Shown here: one piece after another, positions 22,175-32,357 of the stretch
Numbering within the stretch: position 1 is the first letter of the stretch
Layout: each line of letters starts with the position of its first letter
Assembly (NCBI GenBank): GCA_946480445.1
Contig: CAMLJN010000001.1
Span: 113,352-153,351, forward strand
Length of the DNA: 40,000 nt
Direction of reading: 5' to 3'
DNA from: an uncultured Buttiauxella sp.
GTDB taxonomy: Bacteria > Pseudomonadota > Gammaproteobacteria > Enterobacterales > Enterobacteriaceae
Notes under the pieces: generated by a model
Seen by the model: only the letters and a program-made list of their open reading frames with translations
Database searches by the model: none
What the model was told of the DNA's origin: nothing
Position numbers and translations under genes: made by a program

Positions 22175-23074
22175 ATGAAACGCCCGGACTACAGAACACT
22201 ACAGGCGCTGGATGCGGTTATTCGTGAACGAGGATTTGAGCGCGCGGCGCAAAAGCTCTGCATCACTCAATCCGCAGTGTCACAGCGCATTAAGCAACTG
22301 GAAAACATGTTCGGCCAGCCATTGTTAGTTCGCACTGTCCCCCCTCGTCCAACGGAGCAGGGGCAGAAACTGCTGGCTCTGCTTCGCCAGGTGGAGCTGC
22401 TGGAAGAGGAGTGGCTGGGTGATGAACAAATCGGCTCCACGCCGCTGCTGCTGTCGCTGGCGGTGAACGCCGACAGTCTGGCCACTTGGCTGCTGCCTGC
22501 GCTGGCCCCGGTGCTGGCCGACTCCCCTATTCGCCTGAATCTTCAGGTTGAAGACGAAACCCGGACGCAGGAACGCCTGCGTCGTGGCGAAGTGGTGGGA
22601 GCGGTATCTATTCAACCACAGCCGCTGCCCAGCTGCCTCGTCGATCGTTTAGGCGCGCTGGACTATCTTTTTGTGGGATCAAAAGAGTTTGCCGCCCGCT
22701 ATTTTCCGAATGGCGTGACGCGCTCCGCACTGCTGAAAGCCCCCGCCGTGGCCTTCGACCACCTGGACGATATGCATCAGGCTTTTTTGCAGCAGAACTT
22801 TGATTTATCTCCCGGCAGCGTGCCCTGCCATATCGTTAACTCTTCGGAAGCCTTTGTGCAGCTGGCTCGTCAGGGAACAACGTGCTGTATGATCCCGCAC
22901 CTGCAAATCGAAAGAGAGCTCAATAGCGGCGAGCTTATCGACCTGACGCCGGGTCTGATGCAAAGACGTATGCTCTACTGGCACCGGTTTGCGCCGGAAA
23001 GCCGCATGATGCGCAACGTCACGGACGCGCTGCTGGAATATGGACACCGAGTGTTACGCCAGGACGCCGAATAG
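22175..23074 (+). CDS. argP: LysR-family regulator ArgP (IciA)
   Basis: The ATG at 22175 gives [43 protein letters not shown]..., 299 aa. Confidence 0.96.
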   Translation: MKRPDYRTLQALDAVIRERGFERAAQKLCITQSAVSQRIKQLENMFGQPLLVRTVPPRPTEQGQKLLALLRQVELLEEEWLGDEQIGSTPLLLSLAVNADSLATWLLPALAPVLADSPIRLNLQVEDETRTQERLRRGEVVGAVSIQPQPLPSCLVDRLGALDYLFVGSKEFAARYFPNGVTRSALLKAPAVAFDHLDDMHQAFLQQNFDLSPGSVPCHIVNSSEAFVQLARQGTTCCMIPHLQIERELNSGELIDLTPGLMQRRMLYWHRFAPESRMMRNVTDALLEYGHRVLRQDAE

Positions 23075-23075
23075 C

Positions 23076-23106
23076 AAAAAGCCCGCTTTCTAAGCGGGCT
23101 TTTATT
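23076..23106 (+). terminator. argP intrinsic terminator (copy 1 of a duplicated hairpin)
   Basis: caaaa-agcccgctt-tct-aagcgggct-tttt. An A-tract lies upstream and a T-tract downstream, immediately after the argP stop. Confidence 0.8.
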
Positions 23107-23242
23107 GCTAACAAAGAAGGAAAAAGCGTGGTTTTTCCTTCTTTGACGTTAGCTGCCGAAAATCAACAAATTGATTTTCCTTATTTTTTTATTGGGCGAT
23201 CTCTGCTTGTCCTGCATGAAGACAGGGCTCGCCATCAGTCTG
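23104..23242 (+). repeat. MITE-like intergenic unit, copy A (two-hairpin core 23111-23181 plus a less conserved tail)
   Basis: Hairpin 1 is caaagaaggaaaaa-gcgtgg-tttttccttctttg (23112-23145). Hairpin 2 is gaaaatcaa-caaa-ttgattttc (23158-23179). The unit is homologous to the reverse complement of 37452-37593. Confidence 0.7.
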
Positions 23243-23265
23243 AGCCCGCTTAAAAGCGGGCTTTT
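23243..23265 (+). terminator. second copy of the argP-type terminator hairpin
   Basis: agcccgctt-aa-aagcgggct-tttt is identical to 23080-23103 except for the loop. It is oriented for plus-strand termination and has no U-tract on the yggE strand. Confidence 0.6.
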
Positions 23266-23293
23266 CCAGTTGAAAACGCCTTATCCCAACTGC

Positions 23294-24025
23294 TTATTGT
23301 GCAGGCTGGCTCTGAGCGCGTTCCAGCTCAAACACCACATCAACCTGGTCGTCGAACTGAATGGTCTGCTGATCGTAGGTATCCTGGGCTGAAACCGGCG
23401 CCGCTGCATCCGCTTTCATCATCCGTACCATCGGGGCTGGCTGGTAGTTAGAAACGTGATAACGCACGCTGTATACCGGGCCCAGCTTGCTGTTAAAGCC
23501 TTCGGCCAACAGTTTTGCCTGACGCATAGCATCGTTGATCGCTTCTTTACGCGCTTTATCTTTGTACTCATCAGGATGAGCAACGCCCAGCGAGACTGAG
23601 CGGATTTCATTCAGACCGGATTTTAACGCCCCATCAAGCAGCTCGTTCATCTTGTCGAGTTTGCGCAGGGTCACTTCAACCTGGCGCACGGCACGATAGC
23701 CTTTCAGCTGCGTTTTGCCGTCTTTCAGGTATTCATACTCTGGCTGAGTACGCAGGTTTGCCGCATTGATGTCTTTCTTCTCAACGCCACTTTGCTGCAG
23801 GAAAGTCAGGTATTGCGCCACGCGATCGTCGGCCTGTTTCTTGGCGGACGCCGCGTCTTTTGCCGAGACGTTAACTTCAATTGCGAGCGTGGCAATATCA
23901 GGAACGGCATCCACGCTGGCTGCGCCGGACGTGACGACGTGTGGGCCGTTTGGCAGCTCGCCTGCCAACGCCGGAACCGAAACAAATCCTACTAAAGCGG
24001 CTAATGCCAGGGTTTTAAACTTCAC
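23294..24025 (-). CDS. yggE: periplasmic SIMPL/DUF541 oxidative-stress defence protein YggE
   Basis: The 243-aa ORF has a GTG start at 24025 with GGAGG 7 nt upstream. It has a signal peptide and is collinear with E. coli YggE (VTSGAASVDAVPDIATLAIEVNV...). Confidence 0.93.
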   Translation of the reverse strand: MKFKTLALAALVGFVSVPALAGELPNGPHVVTSGAASVDAVPDIATLAIEVNVSAKDAASAKKQADDRVAQYLTFLQQSGVEKKDINAANLRTQPEYEYLKDGKTQLKGYRAVRQVEVTLRKLDKMNELLDGALKSGLNEIRSVSLGVAHPDEYKDKARKEAINDAMRQAKLLAEGFNSKLGPVYSVRYHVSNYQPAPMVRMMKADAAAPVSAQDTYDQQTIQFDDQVDVVFELERAQSQPAQ

Positions 24026-24134
24026 TGTAATACCTCCATGCTACGTTCCACTGTCATTACACCCGGGAAAAAACACGGATGTCTGGCAGCAAGCTTAGCC
24101 TGGAATGGTAACTTGTCTATCAGAATAAGGCGAA

Positions 24135-24769
24135 TTAACTCAGCAGCGTATGCAGATGCTGCACGCCATCCCAGGCCAGCTGAAGGGCGATAAACCACAT
24201 CACCAGCCCCACTACGCCATTGATGATTCGCTGAGCCTTCGCGGTGCGAAGCCGCGGAGCAAGCCATGCGGCCAGAATAGCCAGGCCAAAAAACCAGATA
24301 ACAGAAGCGCTGACCGTGCCCAATGCAAACCAGCGTTTTGGCTCCTCGGCAAGCTGGCCACCAAGACTACCCAGCACCACAAAGGTGTCGAGATAAACAT
24401 GAGGATTCAGCCAGGTCACCGCCAGCATAGTCGCCACAATCCGCCAGCGCCCCTGTTTGAGTACCTCTGCCGAGGCCAGCTCAATGCTGTTGCTCATCGC
24501 CGTACGCAGCGCCCCCCAGCCGTACCACAGCAGAAAGGCGACGCCGCCCCAGGTCACTAACGCCAGCAGCCACGGCGACTGCATTAAATAGCGCTGCCGC
24601 CGAAAATTCCGCCACAGATTAATATCACATCGCTTAGCGCACACAGGGAGGCAATCATCAGGTGATACTGACGGCGAATGCCCTGATTGAGGACAAAAGC
24701 ATTTTGCGGACCAAGGGGAAGGATCAGCGCTGCACCCAATGCAACACCTTGAAAATAATAAGATAACAC
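24135..24769 (-). pseudogene. argO: arginine exporter ArgO (YggA) interrupted by a 1-nt frameshift
   Basis: Codons 1-60 (ORF 24584..24769, [25 protein letters not shown]...GGSAI*) and the remainder (in ORF 24135..24644, from [15 protein letters not shown]...) are in different frames. The span is 635 nt, which is 636 minus 1, and 636 nt would encode 211 aa as in E. coli. The junction is gct att taa tgc ag, where gct att tta atg cag is expected. Confidence 0.85.
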
Positions 24770-24873
24770 AATAGTTCCCTCTTCAATGTCAGGTCATTGA
24801 GGAGAGTGTAACGAGGAAGTTTTATTAGAGGAAATGGATAAATTTAATGCCTGATAAGGGATGCTAATAGCAA

Positions 24874-24897
24874 GAAGGCCAGCCTCAGCTGACCTTC
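24874..24897 (-). terminator. hairpin downstream of mscS and upstream of argO
   Basis: gaaggccagc-ctca-gctgaccttc forms a 10-bp stem with one G-U pair on the minus-strand RNA. T-rich sequence lies on both sides. Confidence 0.55.
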
Positions 24898-24906
24898 CTG
24901 TTTTTG

Positions 24907-25761
24907 TTATGCCGCGTCTTTTATACCTTTAAAATTAACATCCATCTGCGGGTAAGGAATGTTGATACCGTTGGCATCGAGCGCTTTCTTGATACGCTCC
25001 AGCACGTCCCAGTAAACGTTTTGCAGGTCACCGCTTTTACTCCAGGCACGCACCACGAAGTTAACGGAAGAAGGCCCCAGCTCATGCAGGCGTACCGTAA
25101 TTTCGCGATCTTTAAGGACAAGCTCGTGGCTGGTAACGATCTCGGTAAGGATCTGTTTCACCTGGTCGATATCAGCATCGTAAGCCACGCCAATAATAAA
25201 CTCGTTGCGACGAGCAGGCTCGCGGGAGAAGTTGATGATATTCCCGGCGATAATTTTACCGTTAGGCACCACCACGATTTTGCCATCTGCCGTGCGTAAA
25301 GTGGTGGAGAAGATCTGTACGTTTAACACGGTTCCCGCGATGCCGCCCAGGTCAACATATTCACCGGCGCGGAAAGGACGGAAGGTCACCAACAATACGC
25401 CAGCGGCGAGGTTAGAAAGCGACCCTTGCAGCGCAAGGCCAATCGCCAGACCGGCGGCACCAAGGACGGCAATCACCGACGCCGTTTGCACGCCTACCCG
25501 ACCCAGAGCGGCAATCAATGTAAAGGCAATAATCCCGTAGCGCACCAGCGCGGAGAGGAAATCAGCCACAGTTGCGTCAATCTGACGAGCCCGCATCACA
25601 CGATTAATACCGCCAGACACCATGCGGGCCACGATCATCCCGACAATCAGGATGGCAATCGCCGCCACAATGTTGACCGCATAGCTCAACAGTAAAGCCT
25701 GGTTGCGCACCAGCCAGCCCCCGGCATGATTAATACTGTCTACGACGTTTAGATCTTCCAT
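24907..25761 (-). CDS. mscS: small-conductance mechanosensitive channel MscS
   Basis: The 284-aa [37 protein letters not shown]... is collinear with E. coli MscS. Confidence 0.97.
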   Translation of the reverse strand: MEDLNVVDSINHAGGWLVRNQALLLSYAVNIVAAIAILIVGMIVARMVSGGINRVMRARQIDATVADFLSALVRYGIIAFTLIAALGRVGVQTASVIAVLGAAGLAIGLALQGSLSNLAAGVLLVTFRPFRAGEYVDLGGIAGTVLNVQIFSTTLRTADGKIVVVPNGKIIAGNIINFSREPARRNEFIIGVAYDADIDQVKQILTEIVTSHELVLKDREITVRLHELGPSSVNFVVRAWSKSGDLQNVYWDVLERIKKALDANGINIPYPQMDVNFKGIKDAA

Positions 25762-25885
25762 TCAACTATCCTTCTGCTTACCCATGCGGGCAAAAATAAA
25801 CCGTTCCCAAGGAGAAGGGCATGATTGTAAAGGGTAAACAAAAATAGTCATCTGTGCCAGGAATTCACCAGCCTGTCTGCGCTCA

Positions 25886-25914
25886 TAAAAAAGGCCGCTA
25901 AACGGCAGCGGCCT
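25886..25914 (-). terminator. intrinsic terminator of the tdc operon
   Basis: The minus strand reads aggccgctgccgtttagcggcct followed by tttttt, 18 nt after the tdcF stop. Confidence 0.8.
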
Positions 25915-25931
25915 CTGAGTGGGTCAGGAGG

Positions 25932-26327
25932 TTACCAGCAGTCCAGATGTGAGGCGATAGCCTCTATCTCAAGCTTCACGTCTTTGGGCAAGCGGGCGAC
26001 CTGCACACAGCTGCGGGCAGGATAGCTGGCTTCATGCTCATCGAAAAACTGCTTATAGGTCTGATTTATCGCCTCAAAATCTTTTAAATCGGTGACAAAC
26101 ACCGTCGTTTTGATGATGTTACCTACTTCCAGACCCGCAGCCTGAATGATGGCCTTCACGTTTTCCAGGCTTAAACGCGTTTGCTCGATCACCTTTTCAG
26201 GAATGACGCCCGTTTGCGGATCAACCGGTATTTGTCCTGATGTAAAGACCAGCTTGCCAAGATCGACACCCTGCACGTAAGGGCCAATAGCCCCCGGCGC
26301 CCTTTTCGTTTCGATAATATGACTCAT
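25932..26327 (-). CDS. tdcF: RidA-family enamine/imine deaminase TdcF
   Basis: The ATG at 26327 gives MSHIIETKRAPGAIGPYVQGVDLGKLVFTSGQIPV..., 131 aa, collinear with E. coli TdcF. Confidence 0.93.
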   Translation of the reverse strand: MSHIIETKRAPGAIGPYVQGVDLGKLVFTSGQIPVDPQTGVIPEKVIEQTRLSLENVKAIIQAAGLEVGNIIKTTVFVTDLKDFEAINQTYKQFFDEHEASYPARSCVQVARLPKDVKLEIEAIASHLDCW

Positions 26328-26340
26328 ATTGCCTCGCAAA

Positions 26341-28635
26341 TTAAATCGCCTGCGTGAAAGTACGGGAGATAACATCCTGCTGCTGCTCACGCGTTAACGC
26401 ATTGAAGCGAACCGCATAACCGGAGACGCGGATTGTCAGCGTCGGATACTTTTCCGGGTGCTCAATGGCATCCAGCAGCATCTCTTTGTTCATCACGTTG
26501 ACATTCAGATGCTGCCCGCCTTCGGTTTTCACATCGTGGTGGAAATAGCCGTCTAATAGCCCCACCAGATTGAGCTGGCGCACGGCATCCTCTCTCCCTA
26601 ATGCCGCAGGGACAATGGAGAAAGTGTAGGAAATACCGTCTTTTGCGTAGCTAAACGGCAGTTTTGCCACCGAGGTTAAAGAGGCCACCGCGCCTTTGCG
26701 ATCCCTGCCATGCATCGGGTTCGCACCCGGTGCAAAAGGTGTCCCGCCCCGACGGCCGTCCGGGGTGTTACCCGTTTTTTTGCCGTATACCACGTTCGAG
26801 GTGATCGTCAGGATCGACTGCGTAGGCACCGCATTGCGATAGGTTGGCAGCGCCTGGATCTTTTTCATAAAGCGCTCGACCAGATCGCAGGCAATCGCAT
26901 CGACGCGATCGTCGTTATTCCCGTACTGCGGATAATCACCCTCAATCACAAAATCTACGGCCAGCCCGGTATGATCGCGCACCGGTTTAACGGTGGCGTA
27001 TTTAATGGCGGAAAGTGAGTCAACGGCCACCGACAGCCCGGCAATCCCGCAGGCCATGGTGCGATAGACATCCCGGTCGTGCAGCGCCATCAGCGACGCC
27101 TCATAGCTGTATTTATCGTGCATATAGTGGATGAGGTTCAGCGCGGTGACATACTGCATCGCCAGCCAGTCCATAAAGTGGTCCAGGCTGTTCATGACCT
27201 TGTCGTAATCCAGCACTTCATCGAGCAGCATCGGCGTTTTTGGCCCGACCTGAATATTGAGCTTTTCATCCATCCCGCCGTTGATGCAATACAGCAGCGT
27301 TTTCGCGAGGTTTGCGCGGGCGCCAAAGAACTGCATTTGTTTGCCGATCACCATCGGGCTCACGCAGCAGGCTATTGCGTAGTCATCGCTGTTAAAGTCG
27401 CAGCGCATCAGATCGTCATTTTCATACTGCAACGACGAGGTTTCGATGGAAACTTTGGCCGCAAAGACTTTGAACGGCTTAGGCAAGGCTTCCGACCAGA
27501 GGATCGTTAAATTTGGCTCCGGTGCCGGCCCCATAGTGTAGAGCGTATTCAGGTAGCGGAAGGCGTTTTTGGTCACCAGCGTTCGCCCGTCCAGCCCCAT
27601 GCCGCCGATCACTTCCGTCGCCCAGATAGGATCGCCCGAGAAGAGCGAATCGAACTCCGGCGTACGCAGGAAGCGCACCATACGGATCTTCATGATGAAG
27701 TGATCGACCAGCTCCTGCGCCTGCTCTTCGGTCAGTAGCCCTGCCCGCAGATCGCGTTCAATGTAAATATCAATAAATGTCGTCGTGCGTCCCAGAGACA
27801 TCGCGCCGCCATTTTGCGATTTCACCGCGGCGAGATAGGCAAAATAGAGCCATTGCAGCGCTTCCTGGGCGTTACGCGCCGGGCGAGAAATATCAAAGCC
27901 GTAGCGGGCTGCCATTTCCTGAATTTGCAGCAGCGCCCTGCGATGCTCGGCAAGCTCCTCACGCAGTCGAATCACGGCATCCAGATTTTCTCCCCGCTCC
28001 AGCTGGCCTTGCAGGTCGGCAAACTGAAGTTCACGCTCGCGCACCAGATACGCAATACCGTACAGCGCCACGCGCCGGTAATCACCAATAATGCGTCCGC
28101 GGCCATAGCCATCAGGCAGACCGGTCAGCACGCCTGATTTACGGCAGCGCAGAATATCCGGAGAATAAACGTCGAAGACGCCCTGGTTGTGCGTCTTGCG
28201 CAGCGAAGTAAACTGATACTCAAACGCCGGATCCATCTCGCGACCATAAGCTTCAAACGAGCTTTTGATCATGTTGATACCGCCATAAGGGTGCAGAGCA
28301 CGCTTAAGCGGTTTATCCGTCTGCAGGCCGACAATCTTCTCGTGTGCTTTGATTATATAGCCCGGCGCGTGCGCGGTAATGGTGGTGGCAATATTCGTAT
28401 CGAAGTCCACCGGCGCATGGGTGGCGTTTTCAAGACGAATGCCCTCCATCACTTTTTCCCACAATGCGGTGGTCGCAGGCGTCGCGGTGGCTAAAAATGA
28501 CTCATCGCCGCAATAAGGCGTATAGTTATGCTGGATAAAATCCCGAACGTTAATGTCGTATTTCCATTCCTCACCGGAAAATTGCTGCCAGGCAAGAGAA
28601 TAATCTTCGTTGGTAATATCAATATCCACTTTCAT
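26341..28635 (-). CDS. tdcE: 2-ketobutyrate formate-lyase / pyruvate formate-lyase 4 (glycyl radical enzyme)
   Basis: The ATG at 28635 gives [19 protein letters not shown]..., 764 aa as in E. coli TdcE. The glycyl radical motif RVSGYAV lies near the C-terminus. Confidence 0.96.
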   Translation of the reverse strand: MKVDIDITNEDYSLAWQQFSGEEWKYDINVRDFIQHNYTPYCGDESFLATATPATTALWEKVMEGIRLENATHAPVDFDTNIATTITAHAPGYIIKAHEKIVGLQTDKPLKRALHPYGGINMIKSSFEAYGREMDPAFEYQFTSLRKTHNQGVFDVYSPDILRCRKSGVLTGLPDGYGRGRIIGDYRRVALYGIAYLVRERELQFADLQGQLERGENLDAVIRLREELAEHRRALLQIQEMAARYGFDISRPARNAQEALQWLYFAYLAAVKSQNGGAMSLGRTTTFIDIYIERDLRAGLLTEEQAQELVDHFIMKIRMVRFLRTPEFDSLFSGDPIWATEVIGGMGLDGRTLVTKNAFRYLNTLYTMGPAPEPNLTILWSEALPKPFKVFAAKVSIETSSLQYENDDLMRCDFNSDDYAIACCVSPMVIGKQMQFFGARANLAKTLLYCINGGMDEKLNIQVGPKTPMLLDEVLDYDKVMNSLDHFMDWLAMQYVTALNLIHYMHDKYSYEASLMALHDRDVYRTMACGIAGLSVAVDSLSAIKYATVKPVRDHTGLAVDFVIEGDYPQYGNNDDRVDAIACDLVERFMKKIQALPTYRNAVPTQSILTITSNVVYGKKTGNTPDGRRGGTPFAPGANPMHGRDRKGAVASLTSVAKLPFSYAKDGISYTFSIVPAALGREDAVRQLNLVGLLDGYFHHDVKTEGGQHLNVNVMNKEMLLDAIEHPEKYPTLTIRVSGYAVRFNALTREQQQDVISRTFTQAI

Positions 28636-28665
28636 TACTTCTGTCCTCTGAACCACATTAATATT

Positions 28666-29874
28666 TCAGGCATATTCCGCGAGGCGGCATTCTTTCCCGA
28701 TATGCAGGGCATCAAGCGCAATCATTTTCTCTTCATTGGTGGGAATAACTGCGCAAACGACCGAGGAGTGAGCATCAGAAATTATTCTTTCCCCTACCCG
28801 GTTGCTCTGACTATTTTTGTCCCGATCGAGATAAATGCCAAAAACCCGCAGACGTTCAACCACCAGACGTCTGATAAGCTGCGAATTTTCGCCAATACCA
28901 CCGGTAAAAATAACGCCATCCAGACGTAATAACGCCGCCGCGTGTCCCCCAATCGTCCGGGCGATTCGGTGGACAAACGTATTAATAGCAAGCTGCGCGC
29001 GAGGCTCACCTTGATGCCAGGCTTTTTCCAGCGTCCTTAAATCTGACGATATGCCTGAAATCCCCAGCAGGCCAGATTCTTTATTCGCCACCTGTTCGAG
29101 ATCATCGAGTGATTGCCCCGTTTGTCGGGCAAGCCACGCCATGGCGCCAAAATCCACGTCGCCGCAGCGGGTGCCCATGATCAGACCTTCAAGCGGCGTC
29201 ATCCCCATCGACGTATCGACGCTCTTGCCGTTTTGCACCGCGCAAACGGAAGCACCATTGCCTAAGTGAGCAATCACCAACCCTGAATGTTCCGCGCAAA
29301 GGCCAAGCAAATCATTGGCACGCTGCGCCACATAGCGATGCGACGTGCCGTGGAAGCCATAGCGACGCACGCCGTAGTCTTCGAAGTAGCGGTAGGGTAA
29401 ACCGTACAGATACGCCTCCGGTTTTAATGTCTGATGAAAGCTGGTATCAAACACGGCTACCTGAGGGACATGCGGAAAACGCGCGCGTGCGGATTCAACG
29501 CCGCTTAAATTGGCGTAGTTATGCAGCGGTGCCAGAGGCGATACCTGCCGGATCTGTTCGATGACCTGGTCGGTAATTAAAACTGACTCTTTAAATACCT
29601 CACCGCCATGTGCTATGCGGTGTCCAATAAAAGCCACGCTGGCCATTAAGTCTCTTTTCTCAAGCTCAATGGAAAGCGCATTCAGTGCATCTTCATAATT
29701 TGGCTGAGCCAGTTTAACTGGCTCACCCTCATTAATGGTTAAATATGCGACCTCAGTATTAATACCTTCACAAATACCCGCCAAAAGCACATCGCAGGTT
29801 TGGACATCCAGAACTGAGAACTTAACAGAAGAAGATCCACAGTTTATCGTTAATACTACAGGGTAGTCATTCAT
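28666..29874 (-). CDS. tdcD: propionate kinase
   Basis: The 402-aa [26 protein letters not shown]... belongs to the acetate/propionate kinase family. It has the same length as E. coli TdcD. Confidence 0.95.
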   Translation of the reverse strand: MNDYPVVLTINCGSSSVKFSVLDVQTCDVLLAGICEGINTEVAYLTINEGEPVKLAQPNYEDALNALSIELEKRDLMASVAFIGHRIAHGGEVFKESVLITDQVIEQIRQVSPLAPLHNYANLSGVESARARFPHVPQVAVFDTSFHQTLKPEAYLYGLPYRYFEDYGVRRYGFHGTSHRYVAQRANDLLGLCAEHSGLVIAHLGNGASVCAVQNGKSVDTSMGMTPLEGLIMGTRCGDVDFGAMAWLARQTGQSLDDLEQVANKESGLLGISGISSDLRTLEKAWHQGEPRAQLAINTFVHRIARTIGGHAAALLRLDGVIFTGGIGENSQLIRRLVVERLRVFGIYLDRDKNSQSNRVGERIISDAHSSVVCAVIPTNEEKMIALDALHIGKECRLAEYA

Positions 29875-29911
29875 ATCTAAATCTCATTCATCCTGAGCCA
29901 GCCCGGGAAAA

Positions 29912-31243
29912 TTAAAATAACTTGTAGACAATATTAAGAATGGTTAACACACCAATGACGGTGACAAAAATATTTTCCGTGCGTCCTTTATATTTCGCTA
30001 AGGCCGGCACTTTACGAATCGCGTACATCGGGAGCAGGCAAAGCAGCGAGGCGATAATTGGCGCGCCCATCGCTTCAATCAAATCCAGAATGTTCGGGTT
30101 AGCGTAGGCGACAATCCAGGTCGATCCCATGATGAAAGCCATGCTAATGAGGTTTAGCTTCCCGCCGGAAACACGGGTTTTATCGCCCTGGTAACCAAAC
30201 TTAAGAATCAGACCATTAAGCCCTTCCAGCGTCCCGAGATAGTGACCAAAGAAGGATTTGAAGATGGCGACCAGCGCGATTATTGATGCGCCGTATTCGA
30301 GGATAGTGGCAAAGGTCGATTTCGAACCGGACATCGACGAGAAATGGTTAGCCAGATAGGAAAGCACCGGGATGTTCTGCGCTTTTGCCTCGGCCATGTT
30401 TTGCGGAGAAAGCGTAAACAGGCAGCTGAAGGCGAAAAACATCACTACGGCCACCATCAACATGCTGGCACGGGAGATAATCTTTGAGACTTTGTTCTCG
30501 GTGTAGGCTTTGCCAAATTCTCCCTCGTACTCTTCACGCTTGGACACCACGAATGACGATACGATTGGCGAGAAGTTAAACGAGAACACCATAATAGAAA
30601 TGCCCAACCAGACCGTAACCAGAATACCGTCGTGACCGGTAAAGGAGAGATCGCTGAGGCTGACCTGATCGATAACCGCGGAGTTCCAGTAAGGGATCAG
30701 CGACAGCGAGATCAGCACCAGACAGGCGATAAAAGGAAACACCAGATAGCTCATGACCTTGACCATCAGATCCTTACCGAAGAAGATCACAAAGGCCATC
30801 AGCAGGAGTAAAAAGAGCGCCACAAAACCCCGGTTCAGGGGCATTAGCTGCAGCTGATTTTCCCAGAAGGTCATAAAGGTGTTGGTAATGGTCACGCCGT
30901 AAATCCACAGCAGCGGGCAAATCGCAAAAAAGTACAGGAAGGTGATGACCACCCCGCCGGTTTTACCGAAATGCTCTTCCACCGTTTCAGTAATGTTTCC
31001 TGAAGGGTTGCTGCCGGACAGACAAAGACGCGCCAGGGCGCGGTGGCAGTAAAACGCTATCGGAAAGGCCAGAAACAGCATAATTAAAATTGGAATTAAG
31101 CCGCCGTAACCTGCACGAATGGGGAAGAACAATACCCCGGCGCCGATAGCTGTACCAAACAGACCGAGCGTCCAGGTGGTGTCTGATTTACGCCACAGCG
31201 ACGTCTCTTTCTGACCAACGAGTGTTGCATCTGTATTGCTCAT
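29912..31243 (-). CDS. tdcC: threonine/serine:H+ symporter
   Basis: The 443-aa ORF is highly similar to E. coli TdcC ([29 protein letters not shown]...). Confidence 0.96.
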   Translation of the reverse strand: MSNTDATLVGQKETSLWRKSDTTWTLGLFGTAIGAGVLFFPIRAGYGGLIPILIMLFLAFPIAFYCHRALARLCLSGSNPSGNITETVEEHFGKTGGVVITFLYFFAICPLLWIYGVTITNTFMTFWENQLQLMPLNRGFVALFLLLLMAFVIFFGKDLMVKVMSYLVFPFIACLVLISLSLIPYWNSAVIDQVSLSDLSFTGHDGILVTVWLGISIMVFSFNFSPIVSSFVVSKREEYEGEFGKAYTENKVSKIISRASMLMVAVVMFFAFSCLFTLSPQNMAEAKAQNIPVLSYLANHFSSMSGSKSTFATILEYGASIIALVAIFKSFFGHYLGTLEGLNGLILKFGYQGDKTRVSGGKLNLISMAFIMGSTWIVAYANPNILDLIEAMGAPIIASLLCLLPMYAIRKVPALAKYKGRTENIFVTVIGVLTILNIVYKLF

Positions 31244-31267
31244 AATATAGGTCCTTAAGTAATTAGC

Positions 31268-32257
31268 TTAAATTTCCACAGAGCCGGTAATTTGCGAGAC
31301 GCGCGAAAGGTCGATATTCCCGCCGGAGATAATACTTACCGTTTTACGGCCTTTAATATAGCTATCAAGTTTGCCACTCAGTAAAGCCGCGGTGGCCAGA
31401 GCGCCAGCACCTTCCGTCACCACTTTATTACGCTGAATGAGCGCCACCATGCTGTTTCTGATCTCTTCTTCACTGACCAAAATAATATCAGTCACCAGAT
31501 CCCTGACGATGTCGAAAGTGATTTTTCCCGGACGTGAAACATCACAACCGTCTGCCAACGTACCCGCCGTACGATGCGATATTAATTCTCCGGCATGGAA
31601 TGATGCGGCCATGCCGTGCACATTCTCAGCCTGCACGCCAATAATATTAATCGTCGGATTGATGGATTTAATCGCCAGCGCGACACCGGCAATTAAACCA
31701 CCGCCGCCGATTGGCACAATAACGTTATCGACATCATATAAATCCTCCAGGATCTCCAGCCCGATAGTGCCCTGCCCGGCAATCACTTTTTCATCATCAT
31801 AAGGGGGAATAAAGATGCGCCCTTCCGTTTCGACAATTTCGCTGACCTTTGCAATGGTATCGTTGAAGTTATCCCCGTGCAGCACGACCTGGGCTGAGTA
31901 ATCCATGGTTGCCGCGACCTTGGACTTAGGTGCCCCTTTGGGCATCACAACCAGACCGTCAATCCCCAGAATGGCACAGGAGAGCGAAACGCCCTGCGCG
32001 TGGTTACCCGCAGAACAGGCTACCACGCCCTTTCTTTTTTCTGCTTCGCTTAACGAGCTGAGCTTGTTAAATGCGCCACGAATTTTAAAGGAGCCGGTGC
32101 GCTGCATATTTTCAAATTTCAAAAATATCTCACCCTTGCAGCATTCACTGAGATAGTTAGAGCGCGGCATCCCTGTTTTATAAATATAACCAGCCAGTCT
32201 TTTTTTAGCTTCCAGAATATCCTCAATGGTAACCGGAAGTTCATAATCAATATGCAT
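31268..32257 (-). CDS. tdcB: catabolic (biodegradative) threonine dehydratase
   Basis: The 329-aa ORF has the PLP-lysine motif TGSFKIRGA. It is collinear with E. coli TdcB. Confidence 0.96.
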   Translation of the reverse strand: MHIDYELPVTIEDILEAKKRLAGYIYKTGMPRSNYLSECCKGEIFLKFENMQRTGSFKIRGAFNKLSSLSEAEKRKGVVACSAGNHAQGVSLSCAILGIDGLVVMPKGAPKSKVAATMDYSAQVVLHGDNFNDTIAKVSEIVETEGRIFIPPYDDEKVIAGQGTIGLEILEDLYDVDNVIVPIGGGGLIAGVALAIKSINPTINIIGVQAENVHGMAASFHAGELISHRTAGTLADGCDVSRPGKITFDIVRDLVTDIILVSEEEIRNSMVALIQRNKVVTEGAGALATAALLSGKLDSYIKGRKTVSIISGGNIDLSRVSQITGSVEI

Positions 32258-32357
32258 GTTGACCTCGGTGTTAAAACAATAAGCAATAAAGGGGGGGGCA
32301 AATTATTTTTATTTGCCGTTAGCATTCATTTAAATATATTTAAAGCCAATTATTAAA

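Noticed and set aside
23128-23253. GTG-initiated 41-codon ORF preceded by AAGGA inside repeat copy A, ending at a TAA in the loop of the second terminator hairpin
   Set aside because: In copy B the equivalent frame stops after 6 codons (gtg gtt ttt cct tca ttg tga). The ORF is therefore not conserved with the repeat, and the AAGGA is simply part of the hairpin stem.
23171-23392. 73-aa plus-strand ORF from the track spanning the repeat tail and the yggE 3' end
   Set aside because: It has a non-ATG start and is antisense to conserved yggE. It crosses a terminator hairpin and has no recognisable similarity.
24580-24595. Programmed ribosomal frameshift as an explanation for the argO frame break
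   Set aside because: Recovery would need a -1 shift at a-ttt-aat, which is not an X-XXY-YYZ slippery heptamer, and there is no obvious downstream stimulator. A 1-nt deletion or a homopolymer sequencing error is the simpler explanation.
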